Origin: Intrasporangium sp.
GTDB lineage: Bacteria; Actinomycetota; Actinomycetes; Actinomycetales; Dermatophilaceae
Direction of reading: 5' to 3'
DNA length: 64,000 nt
NCBI RefSeq assembly: GCF_051961875.1
Contig: NZ_JBQCCV010000125.1
Location: forward strand, 36,915 to 100,914
The position numbers and the translations under genes were made by a program. How positions within the stretch are numbered: position 1 is the stretch's first letter; every line of letters starts with the position of its first letter. The notes under the pieces are model-generated. The model was not told where the DNA came from. It did no database searches and saw nothing but the letters and a program-made list of their open reading frames with translations. Positions 21,120 to 30,050 of this stretch are shown here, piece by piece.

Positions 21120-21821
21120 ATGAGTGACCGGTTGACCCCTTCCCAGATGCGCGAGATCAACGACACCATCCGCTACTCGATGTGGTCGGTGTTCGGCTCC
21201 GTTGCCCCCCTCGGCGAGGACCGCGAGACGATCGTGGCAGAGTTCCAGGCCTTCCTCGAGAAGGTCGAGGGGGAGGGCGTCACCGTCCGGGGTCTCTACG
21301 ACGTCGCGGGCCTGCGTGGTGACGCCGACTTCATGGTGTGGTGGCACGCGGAGACGATCGAGCAGCTGCAGGCGGCCTACCGTGGGCTGCTGCGCACCGG
21401 CCTCGGCGAGACGCTCGAGCCGGTCTGGTCCTCGGCGGCCCTGCACCGGCCGGCCGAGTTCAACAAGAGCCACATCCCGGCGTTCATGGCCGACGAGAGG
21501 GTCCGCAAGTACGTCTGCGTCTACCCGTTCGTCCGGTCCTACGACTGGTACCTCCTGGACGACGCCGAGCGGCGTGACCTGCTCGTCGAGCACGGCCGGA
21601 TGGCGCGCGAGTACCCCGACGTGCGGGCCAACACGATCGCGGCCTTCGCACTCGGCGACTACGAGTGGCTCCTCGCCTTCGAGGCGGACGAGCTGCACCG
21701 CATCGTCGACCTCATGCGTGAGCTGCGCGCGGCCCGCGCCCGCCTCCACGTCCGCGAGGAGATCCCCTTCTTCACCGGGCCCCGCGTCACGCCCGACGAG
21801 CTCGTCGCCACGCTCCGCTGA
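21120..21821 (+). CDS. hemQ: Coproheme decarboxylase (HemQ/ChdC)
   Basis: [46 protein letters not shown]. Confidence 0.93.
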   Translation: MSDRLTPSQMREINDTIRYSMWSVFGSVAPLGEDRETIVAEFQAFLEKVEGEGVTVRGLYDVAGLRGDADFMVWWHAETIEQLQAAYRGLLRTGLGETLEPVWSSAALHRPAEFNKSHIPAFMADERVRKYVCVYPFVRSYDWYLLDDAERRDLLVEHGRMAREYPDVRANTIAAFALGDYEWLLAFEADELHRIVDLMRELRAARARLHVREEIPFFTGPRVTPDELVATLR

Positions 21822-21849
21822 GTCCCCGGATGGCCTCTTCGCCGGCCCG

Positions 21850-22242
21850 CTACTTGTCGCGGCCGGTGAAGAGCGTCCAGACCATTGCGGCCAGGGGGAT
21901 GAGCAGGAACCACTGCCACTGGTGGGTCACGAAGAAGAGGGCGACCGCGCCGAACGAGATCAGGCCCATGAGGGCGCCACGACGGGCCGCCCACGGGTCC
22001 TTGACCTCCTCCGAGGTCGCGGCTGGCGTCGCCGACCGGTTCTCGACGGGTAGTCGGTCGGCCGGGTGGGGCAGGTCGGTGAAGAGCCCGTCGAGGTCGG
22101 CCCTCGTGACGGCGTCACCGGCGCGGCCGCGGCGGTCCTCGTACTCGTCTGCGTCGAGCCGCCCTGCGTCGAAGTGCTCCTTGAGCAGGCGCTTGGCGGC
22201 CTCGCGCTCCTCGTGGCCGATGCGGATCTCCCCGTCACTCAT
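21850..22242 (-). CDS. DUF1707 (SHOCT-like) domain membrane protein
   Basis: RIGHEERE...L..HFDAGRLDADEYEDR....DLP followed by C-terminal TM segments. Confidence 0.82.
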   Translation of the reverse strand: MSDGEIRIGHEEREAAKRLLKEHFDAGRLDADEYEDRRGRAGDAVTRADLDGLFTDLPHPADRLPVENRSATPAATSEEVKDPWAARRGALMGLISFGAVALFFVTHQWQWFLLIPLAAMVWTLFTGRDK

Positions 22243-22272
22243 GCGCGCACCCTATCCGCCCGTGCGGCGTGC

Positions 22273-22698
22273 CTACACGGTGTCGGGGGCGAGCCGTAGG
22301 CTGATCGAGTTGATGCAGTAGCGCTGGTCGGTCGGGGTGTCGTACCCCTCGCCCTCGAAGACGTGGCCCAGGTGGGAGCCACAGTTCGCGCATCGCACCT
22401 CGACGCGGCGCATCCCGTGCGAGATGTCCTCGAGGTACTCGACGCGGTCACCTGCCAGCGGGGAGTAGAAGGACGGCCAGCCGCAGTGCGACTCGAACTT
22501 CGTGTCGCTCCGGAACAGCTCCGACCCGCAGGCACGGCAGGAGTAGACCCCGGCCGTCTTCGTGTCCGTGTACTCGCCCCGGAACGGGGCCTCGGTCCCG
22601 GCCTGCCGGAGCACGTGGAACTCCTGCGGGGTGAGGCGCTGCCGCCACTGGTCCTCGGTGAGGTTCAGCCCATAGGTCTTCTGCGATTCGTCGCCCAT
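22273..22698 (-). CDS. msrB: Peptide-methionine (R)-S-oxide reductase
   Basis: GTEAPF, CRAC, HCGWPSF, CANCGSHLGHVF, RYCINS. Confidence 0.96.
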   Translation of the reverse strand: MGDESQKTYGLNLTEDQWRQRLTPQEFHVLRQAGTEAPFRGEYTDTKTAGVYSCRACGSELFRSDTKFESHCGWPSFYSPLAGDRVEYLEDISHGMRRVEVRCANCGSHLGHVFEGEGYDTPTDQRYCINSISLRLAPDTV

Positions 22699-22707
22699 GT
22701 CATGGGC

Positions 22708-22733
22708 AACGCCGAGCCGCTCCGATTTGTGCC
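22708..22733 (-). promoter_or_regulatory. Possible SigR/SigH-type ECF promoter for msrB
   Basis: GGCAC-N17-CGTT just upstream of the ATG, one mismatch from GGAAY-N17/18-CGTT. msrB is a typical member of this regulon. Confidence 0.4.
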
Positions 22734-22769
22734 CCGGCCGCGGTGGGGCGCCGGGCGGCCCGAGTCAGC

Positions 22770-22815
22770 CTGAGAGGCCCTGAGACGCGCTGAGACGTCC
22801 TCAGACGACCGAGAG
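22770..22815. repeat. 10-bp-period direct repeats CTGAGA(C/G)G
   Basis: CTGAGAGG, CTGAGACG, CTGAGACG, CTCAGACG, CGAGAGG at about 10-nt spacing. Confidence 0.55.
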
Positions 22816-22844
22816 GTCCGCGGGCCTCGTGGTCCGCGGACCTC
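22813..22844 (-). terminator. Hairpin downstream of the vWA gene
   Basis: GAGGTCCGCGGGCC-TCGT-GGTCCGCGGACCTC, 14-bp stem with one non-Watson-Crick (G-T) pair. Confidence 0.65.
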
Positions 22845-22898
22845 CCACCAGTGGCGTGGTCCCTCAGGGTCCGTCGGAGGGTCCCTGCCTCCTAGCGG

Positions 22899-24224
22899 TC
22901 ACTTCTGCTTCGGCGGCACCGTGCACGTCGTGGTGGCGGTGTTGCCGGCAGGGTCCGTGGCCGTCAGCGTGGCATCGCCCCGGAAGGTGAAGTGCCAGTC
23001 GACCGCGCCGCTGAACGGGGTCGTCGTCGAGGTCGAGGCACCGGGTGCCTGCGTCAGCTTGAAGTAGGTCCCGGCGGCGTACGGGCCGAAGGTCGTGCCC
23101 GTCCCGTTGTCGCGGATGCTGACCGTGACCTCGCCCAGGTTGTCGTCCGCGACCAGCTGGAAGAAGCCGGCCTGCTGCCAGCCCGCGGGCGTCTTGCCGG
23201 CCGGGTTGACACCGGGGCCGCAGGCCACCGTCGGCGGGGTCACGTCGTTGACTCCGATCGAGACGGTCTGCACGAAGTCGTCACCCGCGTCGGCACCGTT
23301 GATCTTGAAGCGGGTGGTGCAGGTGAGGGTGCTGCCCTGGGGAGCGTCCGCTGCCACCGAGATCGTCTCGCCGAGCACGACGTCGGCGCCGCTCGTGACC
23401 GTCTGGGGCAGAGCCGGGCTGAAGCCCAGGGTCAGTCCGGGCGAGCAGACGGTCTCGGCCGTGACCGTCGCGGGCAGGTTCGTGAGGCCCTCGAGGATGG
23501 CCGTGGAGAGACCAGTCGCAGAGACGGAGGAGAAGAACCGCCCTCCCGTGGCAGACGTGATGGCGGTCGCCTGACCGGTCCCGTTGAGACCGTCGCCGCT
23601 TCCCGAGTTGACGCTGATCGCGACGACCCTGGCGCTCACTCCCTGCAGCGACGCGATGGCGTCAGCCAGCGTGTGCCCGAGGCTCGGGTCGTGGCCGCTC
23701 GCGTCACCGAACCAGACGACGACCCGAGACGAGCCGGGCCGGAAGGTGATCGCGCCTCCGCCGCTGCCGATCTGCCACAGCGCGTTCAGCTGCGCCTCGG
23801 GCAGGTCGCCGCCGCCACCGGCGGAGATCCCGTTGACCGCCGCCTGCGCGGTGGTCGGGTTGTCCGTGAGGTCCGTCCGGACGCGGAAGACGCCCGCCCC
23901 GTCGACCACGTCCTTGTAGTCGACCACGGCGAACTGGGCGTCTGCCTGCTCTGCCTTGACCGTCGAGACGATCGTCTTCATCTCGGACTGGACGTTCGCG
24001 ATGGCCGGACCCATGCTGCCCGTCGAGTCGACGACGAGGACGACGTCGGGACGGGGCGGGATCGCCGGTGTGGAGATGGTCTTCGTGACGTGGATGCTGG
24101 TGCCGGGGTCGAGGTGTTCGTCGACGGTCGACGGGCGCACACCCGCCGTGGCGATCGACGGAGCAGTCCCCAGCAGTGCTGTCGCGATGACGGCGAGGAG
24201 ACTGCGGCGCAGCGTGGTTGGCAT
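22899..24224 (-). CDS. Secreted vWA (MIDAS) domain protein with C-terminal beta-rich domains
   Basis: Signal peptide MPTTLRRSLLAVIATALLG..ATA; VVLVVDSTGSM MIDAS; GGGGDLPEA; VVVWFGDA..H; NDVTPPTVAC. Confidence 0.8.
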   Translation of the reverse strand: MPTTLRRSLLAVIATALLGTAPSIATAGVRPSTVDEHLDPGTSIHVTKTISTPAIPPRPDVVLVVDSTGSMGPAIANVQSEMKTIVSTVKAEQADAQFAVVDYKDVVDGAGVFRVRTDLTDNPTTAQAAVNGISAGGGGDLPEAQLNALWQIGSGGGAITFRPGSSRVVVWFGDASGHDPSLGHTLADAIASLQGVSARVVAISVNSGSGDGLNGTGQATAITSATGGRFFSSVSATGLSTAILEGLTNLPATVTAETVCSPGLTLGFSPALPQTVTSGADVVLGETISVAADAPQGSTLTCTTRFKINGADAGDDFVQTVSIGVNDVTPPTVACGPGVNPAGKTPAGWQQAGFFQLVADDNLGEVTVSIRDNGTGTTFGPYAAGTYFKLTQAPGASTSTTTPFSGAVDWHFTFRGDATLTATDPAGNTATTTCTVPPKQK

Positions 24225-24433
24225 GATGCGGAACCTCCGAGTGGAGTGACGATGGACGACCGCACGCCCATGCAGGCCCACAATGGCCCGCGAGCGCGGA
24301 CGGCAGGCCCGGGCCGGGTGGCCCGGAGAAGGTGCCTTCGGTGGCGGCTTCTGTCCATGAGAGCCGGCTGGGAGCGTCCTGATACGTCCGGAATGTCCCC
24401 TCGACGCGGCACGCCCTCCTGAGAGGATGAGGC

Positions 24434-25603
24434 GTGCCGCTGCCGAAGCTCGTCTCACGGCCCCTCCTCGTGGCGGGGGTCGCCGGCGGTAGTGCACTCG
24501 TCGGGGCCGCGGGCGGCTCGCTCGCGGCAGGTGCCTACTTCGCGCGGAAGGTCCTGACTCCGGACGAGGAGCAGCCCGACGACGTGGTCGTCCTCGCCTG
24601 TCGCGGCCGTGAGGTGACGCTCGGGTTGACCCCGGAGACGATCGTGCCCGGTCGCTACGGGCTCTGGCTCGACGGAGGTGCGGGGCATGCCCGCCTCGGG
24701 CAGATCCTCCGTCTCGACGGGGGGTCGGTGACGAGGGAGCTGCTCGGCGTCGACCGCGGACGGGTGCGCCCAGGGCCGGCCCGTTGGGACCAGTACTGGT
24801 ACTGGGACCGTCCTCGCATGAGCATGGGCATCCCGGACGAGGATGCGATGATCCTCACCGAGCTCGGACCGGTGCCCGCCTGGATCGTCCGACCCGAGTC
24901 CGGGCGGGCGACCGGCACGTGGGCGGTCCTGGTGCACGGGCGCGGGGCCCGCAAGGAGGAGACGCTGCGGGCCGTCCCAGTGCTGCGCCGGCAGGGCGTG
25001 ACCTCCCTCGTCGTCGGCTACCGCAACGACCGGGACGCCCCGCGGGGGCCCGACGGCCGCTATACCCTCGGGCTGTCCGAGTGGCGCGACGTCGACGCCG
25101 CGCTGCGCCACGCGGTGCGCCGGGGGGCTCGGCGTGTCGTCCTCTTCGGCTGGTCGATGGGCGGGGCGATCGCGCTGCAGGTACTCGACAACTCGGCCCT
25201 GGCGGACCGCATCGCCGGCGTCGTCCTCGACTCGGCGGTCGTGGACTGGGCCGCGGTCATGCGGCACCACGCGCACCTCCAGCGGGTGCCCGGGTGGCTC
25301 GTGGGGGTGACGACGGCCCTGATGGGGATGTCGCGGGCCGGCGGCCTCGTCGGGATCCGAGAGCCGATCGACGTGGGTAGAACGGACTGGGTGCGCCGCT
25401 CGGCGGAGCTCGACCGGCCCATGCTCGTCATGCACTCGGACGGGGACGACTTCGTGCCGATCGGACCGGCGGCGGAGCTCGCCCGGAGGCGGCCGGATAT
25501 CGTCCGCTTCGAGCGCTGGGAGATCGCCCGGCACTGTCGGGAGTGGAACTACGACCCCGAACGATGGGAGCGCGTCGTGGGGGAGTTCCTCTCCGAGCTC
25601 TGA
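24434..25603 (+). CDS. Alpha/beta hydrolase family protein (secreted or membrane-anchored)
   Basis: Hydrophobic N-terminus, VLVHGRG, GWSMGG nucleophile, HSDGDDFVP, HCREWN. Confidence 0.85.
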   Translation: MPLPKLVSRPLLVAGVAGGSALVGAAGGSLAAGAYFARKVLTPDEEQPDDVVVLACRGREVTLGLTPETIVPGRYGLWLDGGAGHARLGQILRLDGGSVTRELLGVDRGRVRPGPARWDQYWYWDRPRMSMGIPDEDAMILTELGPVPAWIVRPESGRATGTWAVLVHGRGARKEETLRAVPVLRRQGVTSLVVGYRNDRDAPRGPDGRYTLGLSEWRDVDAALRHAVRRGARRVVLFGWSMGGAIALQVLDNSALADRIAGVVLDSAVVDWAAVMRHHAHLQRVPGWLVGVTTALMGMSRAGGLVGIREPIDVGRTDWVRRSAELDRPMLVMHSDGDDFVPIGPAAELARRRPDIVRFERWEIARHCREWNYDPERWERVVGEFLSEL

Positions 25604-25677
25604 GCCGCAGCGCATCGGGGAGCCGCCGTGCCGCGTCCGCAGGACACGACGTCGACCGCACGGCAGGATGGCGAGAC

Positions 25678-26586
25678 ATGGGGAAGACCAAGGGCAAGGA
25701 CCGGGCCAGGACGGGCGATCGACACGGGTCGGTTCCGGCGGATGGGCCGGGCCGGCTGGGCGGCTTCAGGGAGGCCCTCCGGGTCGGCGACGGCTTCGCG
25801 CTGGACGAGGTGGACGCCGGAGCCACGCCCAACTACGACGGTGGGAAGCGGGACGGCAAGCAGGACCTGGCCCGGGCCGAGGAAGAGCTGTCCGAGCTGC
25901 TCGAGCGGCTCTATGCGGAGTCGACGGGCGGCTCGAAGCGGGCGATCCTGCTCGTCGTGCAGGGGATGGACACGTCGGGCAAGGGGGGCGTGATGCGGCA
26001 TGTCGTCGCAGTCAACCCCGAGGGCGTCGAGGCGACCGCGTTCAAGGCGCCCACCCAGGAGGAGCGCGCGCACGACTTCCTCTGGCGGATCCGCAACGCC
26101 CTGCCGGCCGCCGGCCAGCTCGGTGTCTTCGACCGCTCCCACTACGAGGACGTCCTCATCGTCCGGGTGCACGACCTCGTCCCCGAGGAGGAGTGGTCGA
26201 CCCGCTACGACACCATCAACCGGTTCGAGCGCGAGGTCGTCGACGCGGGCACGACGATCGTCAAGGTCATGCTGCATCTGTCGAACGCCGAGCAGAAGGC
26301 GCGGCTCATGGAGCGGCTCGACCGCCCGGACAAGTATTACAAGTACAACCCCGGTGACGTCGACGAGCGGAAGCACTGGGACGAGTACATGGACGCATAC
26401 CAGGCCGCGCTGGCGCGGTGCTCGACGGACACCGCTCCCTGGTATGTCGTCCCGGCCGACCACAAGTGGTACGCGCGGCTCGCGGTCCAGCAGCTGCTCC
26501 TCGAGACCCTCCGAGAGATGGACCCGACCTGGCCGCCCGCGGACTTCGACGTCGCCGCGGAGAAGGCGCGTCTCGCCGCCACCTGA
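25678..26586 (+). CDS. ppk2: Polyphosphate kinase 2 family phosphotransferase
   Basis: QGMDTSGKGG, FKAPT.EE..HDFLWR, FDRSHYEDV, PADHKWY. Confidence 0.92.
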   Translation: MGKTKGKDRARTGDRHGSVPADGPGRLGGFREALRVGDGFALDEVDAGATPNYDGGKRDGKQDLARAEEELSELLERLYAESTGGSKRAILLVVQGMDTSGKGGVMRHVVAVNPEGVEATAFKAPTQEERAHDFLWRIRNALPAAGQLGVFDRSHYEDVLIVRVHDLVPEEEWSTRYDTINRFEREVVDAGTTIVKVMLHLSNAEQKARLMERLDRPDKYYKYNPGDVDERKHWDEYMDAYQAALARCSTDTAPWYVVPADHKWYARLAVQQLLLETLREMDPTWPPADFDVAAEKARLAAT

Positions 26587-26649
26587 GCGGCTGCGGTCGG
26601 GCGCGTCGGCCGGGTCGGCTCAAGCGGGTTCAGGTCGGTTCAGGCGGGG

Positions 26650-28290
26650 TCAGCCGGCCCGGTCGATAATCGGGCCGACGGCGCCTGCCAGGTCGACCGG
26701 CAGGGAACCGAAGGTGCCGCCGCGTCGCCCGGAGACCCGGCTCGCGAGGAACGCGTCGGCGACCGGACCGGGGGAGTGCTCGACGAGGAGGGCCGCCTGA
26801 AACGCGAGCGCCAGTCCTTCGACGACCGAACGTGCCACGAAGGCGGCCGACGGCGAGTCCGCGTCGAGCGAACGAGCCTGCAGCAGAACGGAGTCGGTGA
26901 ACTCGTCGAGCTCCGCGCTGCGGCCCCGCACGACGTGCAGCTCCTTCGTCAGCGCCTCGAGGCTGGCCGGTTCGCGAGTGACGGCGCGGATGACGTCGAG
27001 GGCGTTGACGTTGCCGGACCCCTCCCAGATGGAGTTGAGCGGCGCCTCACGGTAGAGCCGGGCCAGGCCGTTCTCCTCGACGTAGCCGTTGCCGCCGAGG
27101 CACTCGAGGGCCTCGGCGACCATGGGGGCGGTCCGTTTGCAGACCCAGAACTTGCCGACCGCGACCCCGAGCCGGACCAGGTCGCTCTCGCCGTTGTCGA
27201 CGGCGTGGGCGAGCCGGAGTGCGAGGACGGTCGCCGCCTCGGCCTCGAGGGCAAGGTCGGCGAGCACGTTGCGCATGAGCGGCTGGTCGACGAGGGCCCG
27301 GCCGAACGCCTGTCGGTGGCGGGCGTGGTGGAGGGCTCGGGCCAGGGCGTCGCGCATCGTGGATGTGGACCCGAGGATGCAGTCGAGCCGCGTGGCACCG
27401 ACCATGTCGATGATGGTGCGCACGCCGCGCCCCTCTGGGCCCAGGCGGCTGCCCCACGTGCCGTCGAGCTCGACCTCGCTCGAGGCGTTCGAGTGGTTGC
27501 CCAGCTTGTCCTTGAGGCGTTGGATCGCGAAGGGGTTGCGCGTGCCGTCGTCGAGCGCGCGCGGCACGACGAAACAGGTGAGCCCACCGGGCGCCTGGGC
27601 GAGGACGAGGAAGACGTCACTCATCGGGGCCGAGCAGAACCACTTGTGACCGCGCAGCCGGTAGGTGTCGCCGGCGAGGGGGCCGCCCTCGATCGGCACG
27701 GCCTGCGTCGTATTGGCCCGCACGTCGCTGCCGCCCTGCTTCTCGGTCATCCCCATCCCGGAGATCGCGCCCTCCTTGTCCGCGACGGGCCGGATCCCGA
27801 AGTCGTACTCACGGCTCGCGAGCTTGGGGAGCCAGACCGAGGCGAGGCGTGCGTCATGCCGGAGGGCCGACCCAGCGGCATACGTCATCGAGATGGGGCA
27901 GCCGTGGCCCGCCTCGACGCGTGACCAGATGAGGAAGCCGGCGGAGCGCCGCGCGTGAGCCGCGGTGCCCGGGGACGCCGTCCACGGCTCTGCCGTCAGA
28001 CCGGCGCCGACCGCCTGGCCCATGAGCCAGTGCCACGAGGGGTGGAACTCCACCTCGTCGATCCGGTTGCCCCTGGCGTCGTGCGTCCGCAGGATCGGCG
28101 GGTTGGCCTCCGCGAGCCGACCGTGCTCCAGCGCCTCCGCGGTGCCGCCCAGCCGGCCGAGCTTGCGCAGGCCGTCGATGTCAGAAGGTTCGACCCACCG
28201 CTCCACCGCCTCGGCGAGGGGCCGGTCCTGCTCGAGCAGGTGGTGCCCGACGAAGGGCGGGACCTGGTTGGAGACGAGATGCGTGCGCAC
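26650..28290 (-). CDS. AidB-like acyl-CoA dehydrogenase
   Basis: NQVPP, DEVEFHPSWH, CPISMTYA, GMGMTEKQGGSDV, LKDKLGN.SNAS.EVE, NSIWEGSGNV. Confidence 0.88.
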   Translation of the reverse strand: MRTHLVSNQVPPFVGHHLLEQDRPLAEAVERWVEPSDIDGLRKLGRLGGTAEALEHGRLAEANPPILRTHDARGNRIDEVEFHPSWHWLMGQAVGAGLTAEPWTASPGTAAHARRSAGFLIWSRVEAGHGCPISMTYAAGSALRHDARLASVWLPKLASREYDFGIRPVADKEGAISGMGMTEKQGGSDVRANTTQAVPIEGGPLAGDTYRLRGHKWFCSAPMSDVFLVLAQAPGGLTCFVVPRALDDGTRNPFAIQRLKDKLGNHSNASSEVELDGTWGSRLGPEGRGVRTIIDMVGATRLDCILGSTSTMRDALARALHHARHRQAFGRALVDQPLMRNVLADLALEAEAATVLALRLAHAVDNGESDLVRLGVAVGKFWVCKRTAPMVAEALECLGGNGYVEENGLARLYREAPLNSIWEGSGNVNALDVIRAVTREPASLEALTKELHVVRGRSAELDEFTDSVLLQARSLDADSPSAAFVARSVVEGLALAFQAALLVEHSPGPVADAFLASRVSGRRGGTFGSLPVDLAGAVGPIIDRAG

Positions 28291-28344
28291 GACCCGAGCC
28301 TAGGTCGTCGGTGTCACGTCCTGACCCGGATAGCCTCAGCGGTG

Positions 28345-29508
28345 ATGGAGGTCAAGAGGCGGGTCCGCAGGGCCCTCGTCCACGTGCCCGGGGCGATGAC
28401 CACGGCGCGCCTCACCCTGGAGACGGTCCGCGCCTGCCTGCGCTACCGCGTCACCGGCCTCGCCTCGGAAGCGGCCTTCTTCATGCTTCTGTCGCTGCCG
28501 CCCCTCGTCCTCGGGCTCTTCGGCGGGGTCGGCTACATCGGTTCCCTCCTCGGCCCGGACACCGTCGAGCGCGTCGTGGAGGCCGTCAGCACGTATGCCG
28601 CCCAGTTCCTCTCGCAGGAGACCATCGACCAGCTGCTCCTGCCGACCGTCGACGACGTGCTCCACACGGGACGGGCCGACCTCATCTCGGTCGGCTTCCT
28701 GCTCTCGCTGTGGTCAGGCTCCCGGGCGCTCAACGTCTTCGTCGACACCATCTCGATCATGTACGGCCAGAGCGGGGTCCGCGGGATCATCCGCACCAGG
28801 GCGCTGTCGCTCTCGCTCTACTCGGTCGGGGTCGTCGTGGCGGTCATCATCATGCCGCTCGCGCTCCTGGGCCCGGAGATCATCGGCGGCTGGCTACCGG
28901 AGAAGGTCCGCCTCGTCACCGTCGCCTACTGGCCGCTCGTCCTGGTCCTCACCATCGCGACCCTGACGACGATCTACCACATCGCCACACCGCGGCGGGC
29001 GCCATGGTGGCGCAACATCCCGGGAGCGGTGCTGGCCTTCGCGATCTGGATCGTCGCGTCGGTGGTGGTGCGGATCTCGATCGAGGCATCTCTCGGCGGG
29101 GCGTCGATCTATGGCCCGCTGAGCACGCCGATCGTCCTGCTCATCTGGCTCTATGTCCTCGCCATCGCCATCCTCATCGGCGCCGGCCTCAACGCCGCCA
29201 CTCGGGTGCTCTGGCCGGTGACGCTGCGCGACGGGGCGGGGCGCCGGATCATGGCTTGGGCGCGGGACGGGGCGGAGAACCTCCTCGCCCGGGGCGACGA
29301 GGCCGCCGAGGGCGTCACCGAGGCTCCGGTCGAGGATGCGCGGGGCTCGACGATGGGCGAAACCGCCGCCGAGAGAGGCGAGGAGGAGGCGGATACCGAG
29401 GACGTGCAACGGGCCCGGGAGCAGCAGTTCGAGCACCGTGAGCGCTCGGCCCTGGCGGAGGCGATCGAGCGCGAACTGCGGCACGGGCTCGGCTCTGACA
29501 GGGACTGA
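28345..29508 (+). CDS. YihY/virulence factor BrkB family membrane protein
   Basis: LASEAAFF.LLSLPP, SLWSGS, PGAV.A...W, YG.L...IVLLIWLY, IGA.LNA. Confidence 0.85.
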   Translation: MEVKRRVRRALVHVPGAMTTARLTLETVRACLRYRVTGLASEAAFFMLLSLPPLVLGLFGGVGYIGSLLGPDTVERVVEAVSTYAAQFLSQETIDQLLLPTVDDVLHTGRADLISVGFLLSLWSGSRALNVFVDTISIMYGQSGVRGIIRTRALSLSLYSVGVVVAVIIMPLALLGPEIIGGWLPEKVRLVTVAYWPLVLVLTIATLTTIYHIATPRRAPWWRNIPGAVLAFAIWIVASVVVRISIEASLGGASIYGPLSTPIVLLIWLYVLAIAILIGAGLNAATRVLWPVTLRDGAGRRIMAWARDGAENLLARGDEAAEGVTEAPVEDARGSTMGETAAERGEEEADTEDVQRAREQQFEHRERSALAEAIERELRHGLGSDRD

Positions 29509-29541
29509 TTCGACCGTCCGAGCCGCCGTCCGAGGCCGGTT

Positions 29542-29570
29542 TTGTGGATCATGGAGTGATCCGCTAATGT
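29542..29570 (+). promoter_or_regulatory. SigA-type promoter for the tRNA cluster
   Basis: TTGTGG-N17-TAATGT about 40 nt upstream of tRNA-Gly. Confidence 0.6.
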
Positions 29571-29611
29571 CTACCAAGCACCGAGCGGGAAGTTACACGG
29601 TTGGTGTTCGT

Positions 29612-29684
29612 GCGGACGTAGCTCAGTTGGTAGAGCGCAACCTTGCCAAGGTTGAGGTCGCCGGTTCGAGCCCGGTCGTCCGCT
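29612..29684 (+). tRNA. tRNA-Gly(GCC)
   Basis: Cloverleaf: GCGGACG/CGTCCGC acceptor stem, anticodon loop TT-GCC-AA, GTTCGA T-loop. Confidence 0.97.
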
Positions 29685-29706
29685 CGGAGGGCAACTTGCC
29701 TTCAAC

Positions 29707-29777
29707 GGTGGAGTGGCCGAGAGGCGAGGCAGCGGCCTGCAAAGCCGCGTACACGGGTTCAAATCCCGTCTCCACCT
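29707..29777 (+). tRNA. tRNA-Cys(GCA)
   Basis: GGTGGAG/CTCCACC acceptor stem, CT-GCA-AA loop, GTTCAA T-loop. Confidence 0.96.
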
Positions 29778-29792
29778 CTCGGTCACAACCCC

Positions 29793-29864
29793 GGGCGATT
29801 GGCGCAGTGGTAGCGCGCTTCCTTGACACGGAAGAGGTCACTGGTTCAAACCCAGTATCGCCCA
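29793..29864 (+). tRNA. tRNA-Val(GAC)
   Basis: GGGCGAT/ATCGCCC acceptor stem, TT-GAC-AC loop, GTTCAA T-loop. Confidence 0.96.
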
Positions 29865-29874
29865 CGTTACGAAT

Positions 29875-29925
29875 TGAACCGCCCCTGATCTGCGACAACG
29901 CGGCTCAGGGGCGGTTCATTTTTTT
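29875..29925 (+). terminator. Intrinsic terminator after the tRNA cluster
   Basis: TGAACCGCCCCTGA / TCAGGGGCGGTTCA 14-bp stem followed by T7. Confidence 0.85.
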
Positions 29926-30050
29926 GGTCGTCTCGATTGATCCGGGCTCGTGTCGCCGCTGGCGCTGCGGTGGTTTCCGCCCGAGTGCACGGCGCGAGCG
30001 GACAACTGGATCAACCGAGTCGGCAAGAAATGAACCGATTCAAGGAAACT

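Noticed and set aside
29581-29687. Leader CCGAGCGG complementary to the tRNA-Gly 3' flank as a separate ncRNA
   Set aside because: Short complementarity, best explained as precursor-tRNA processing structure.
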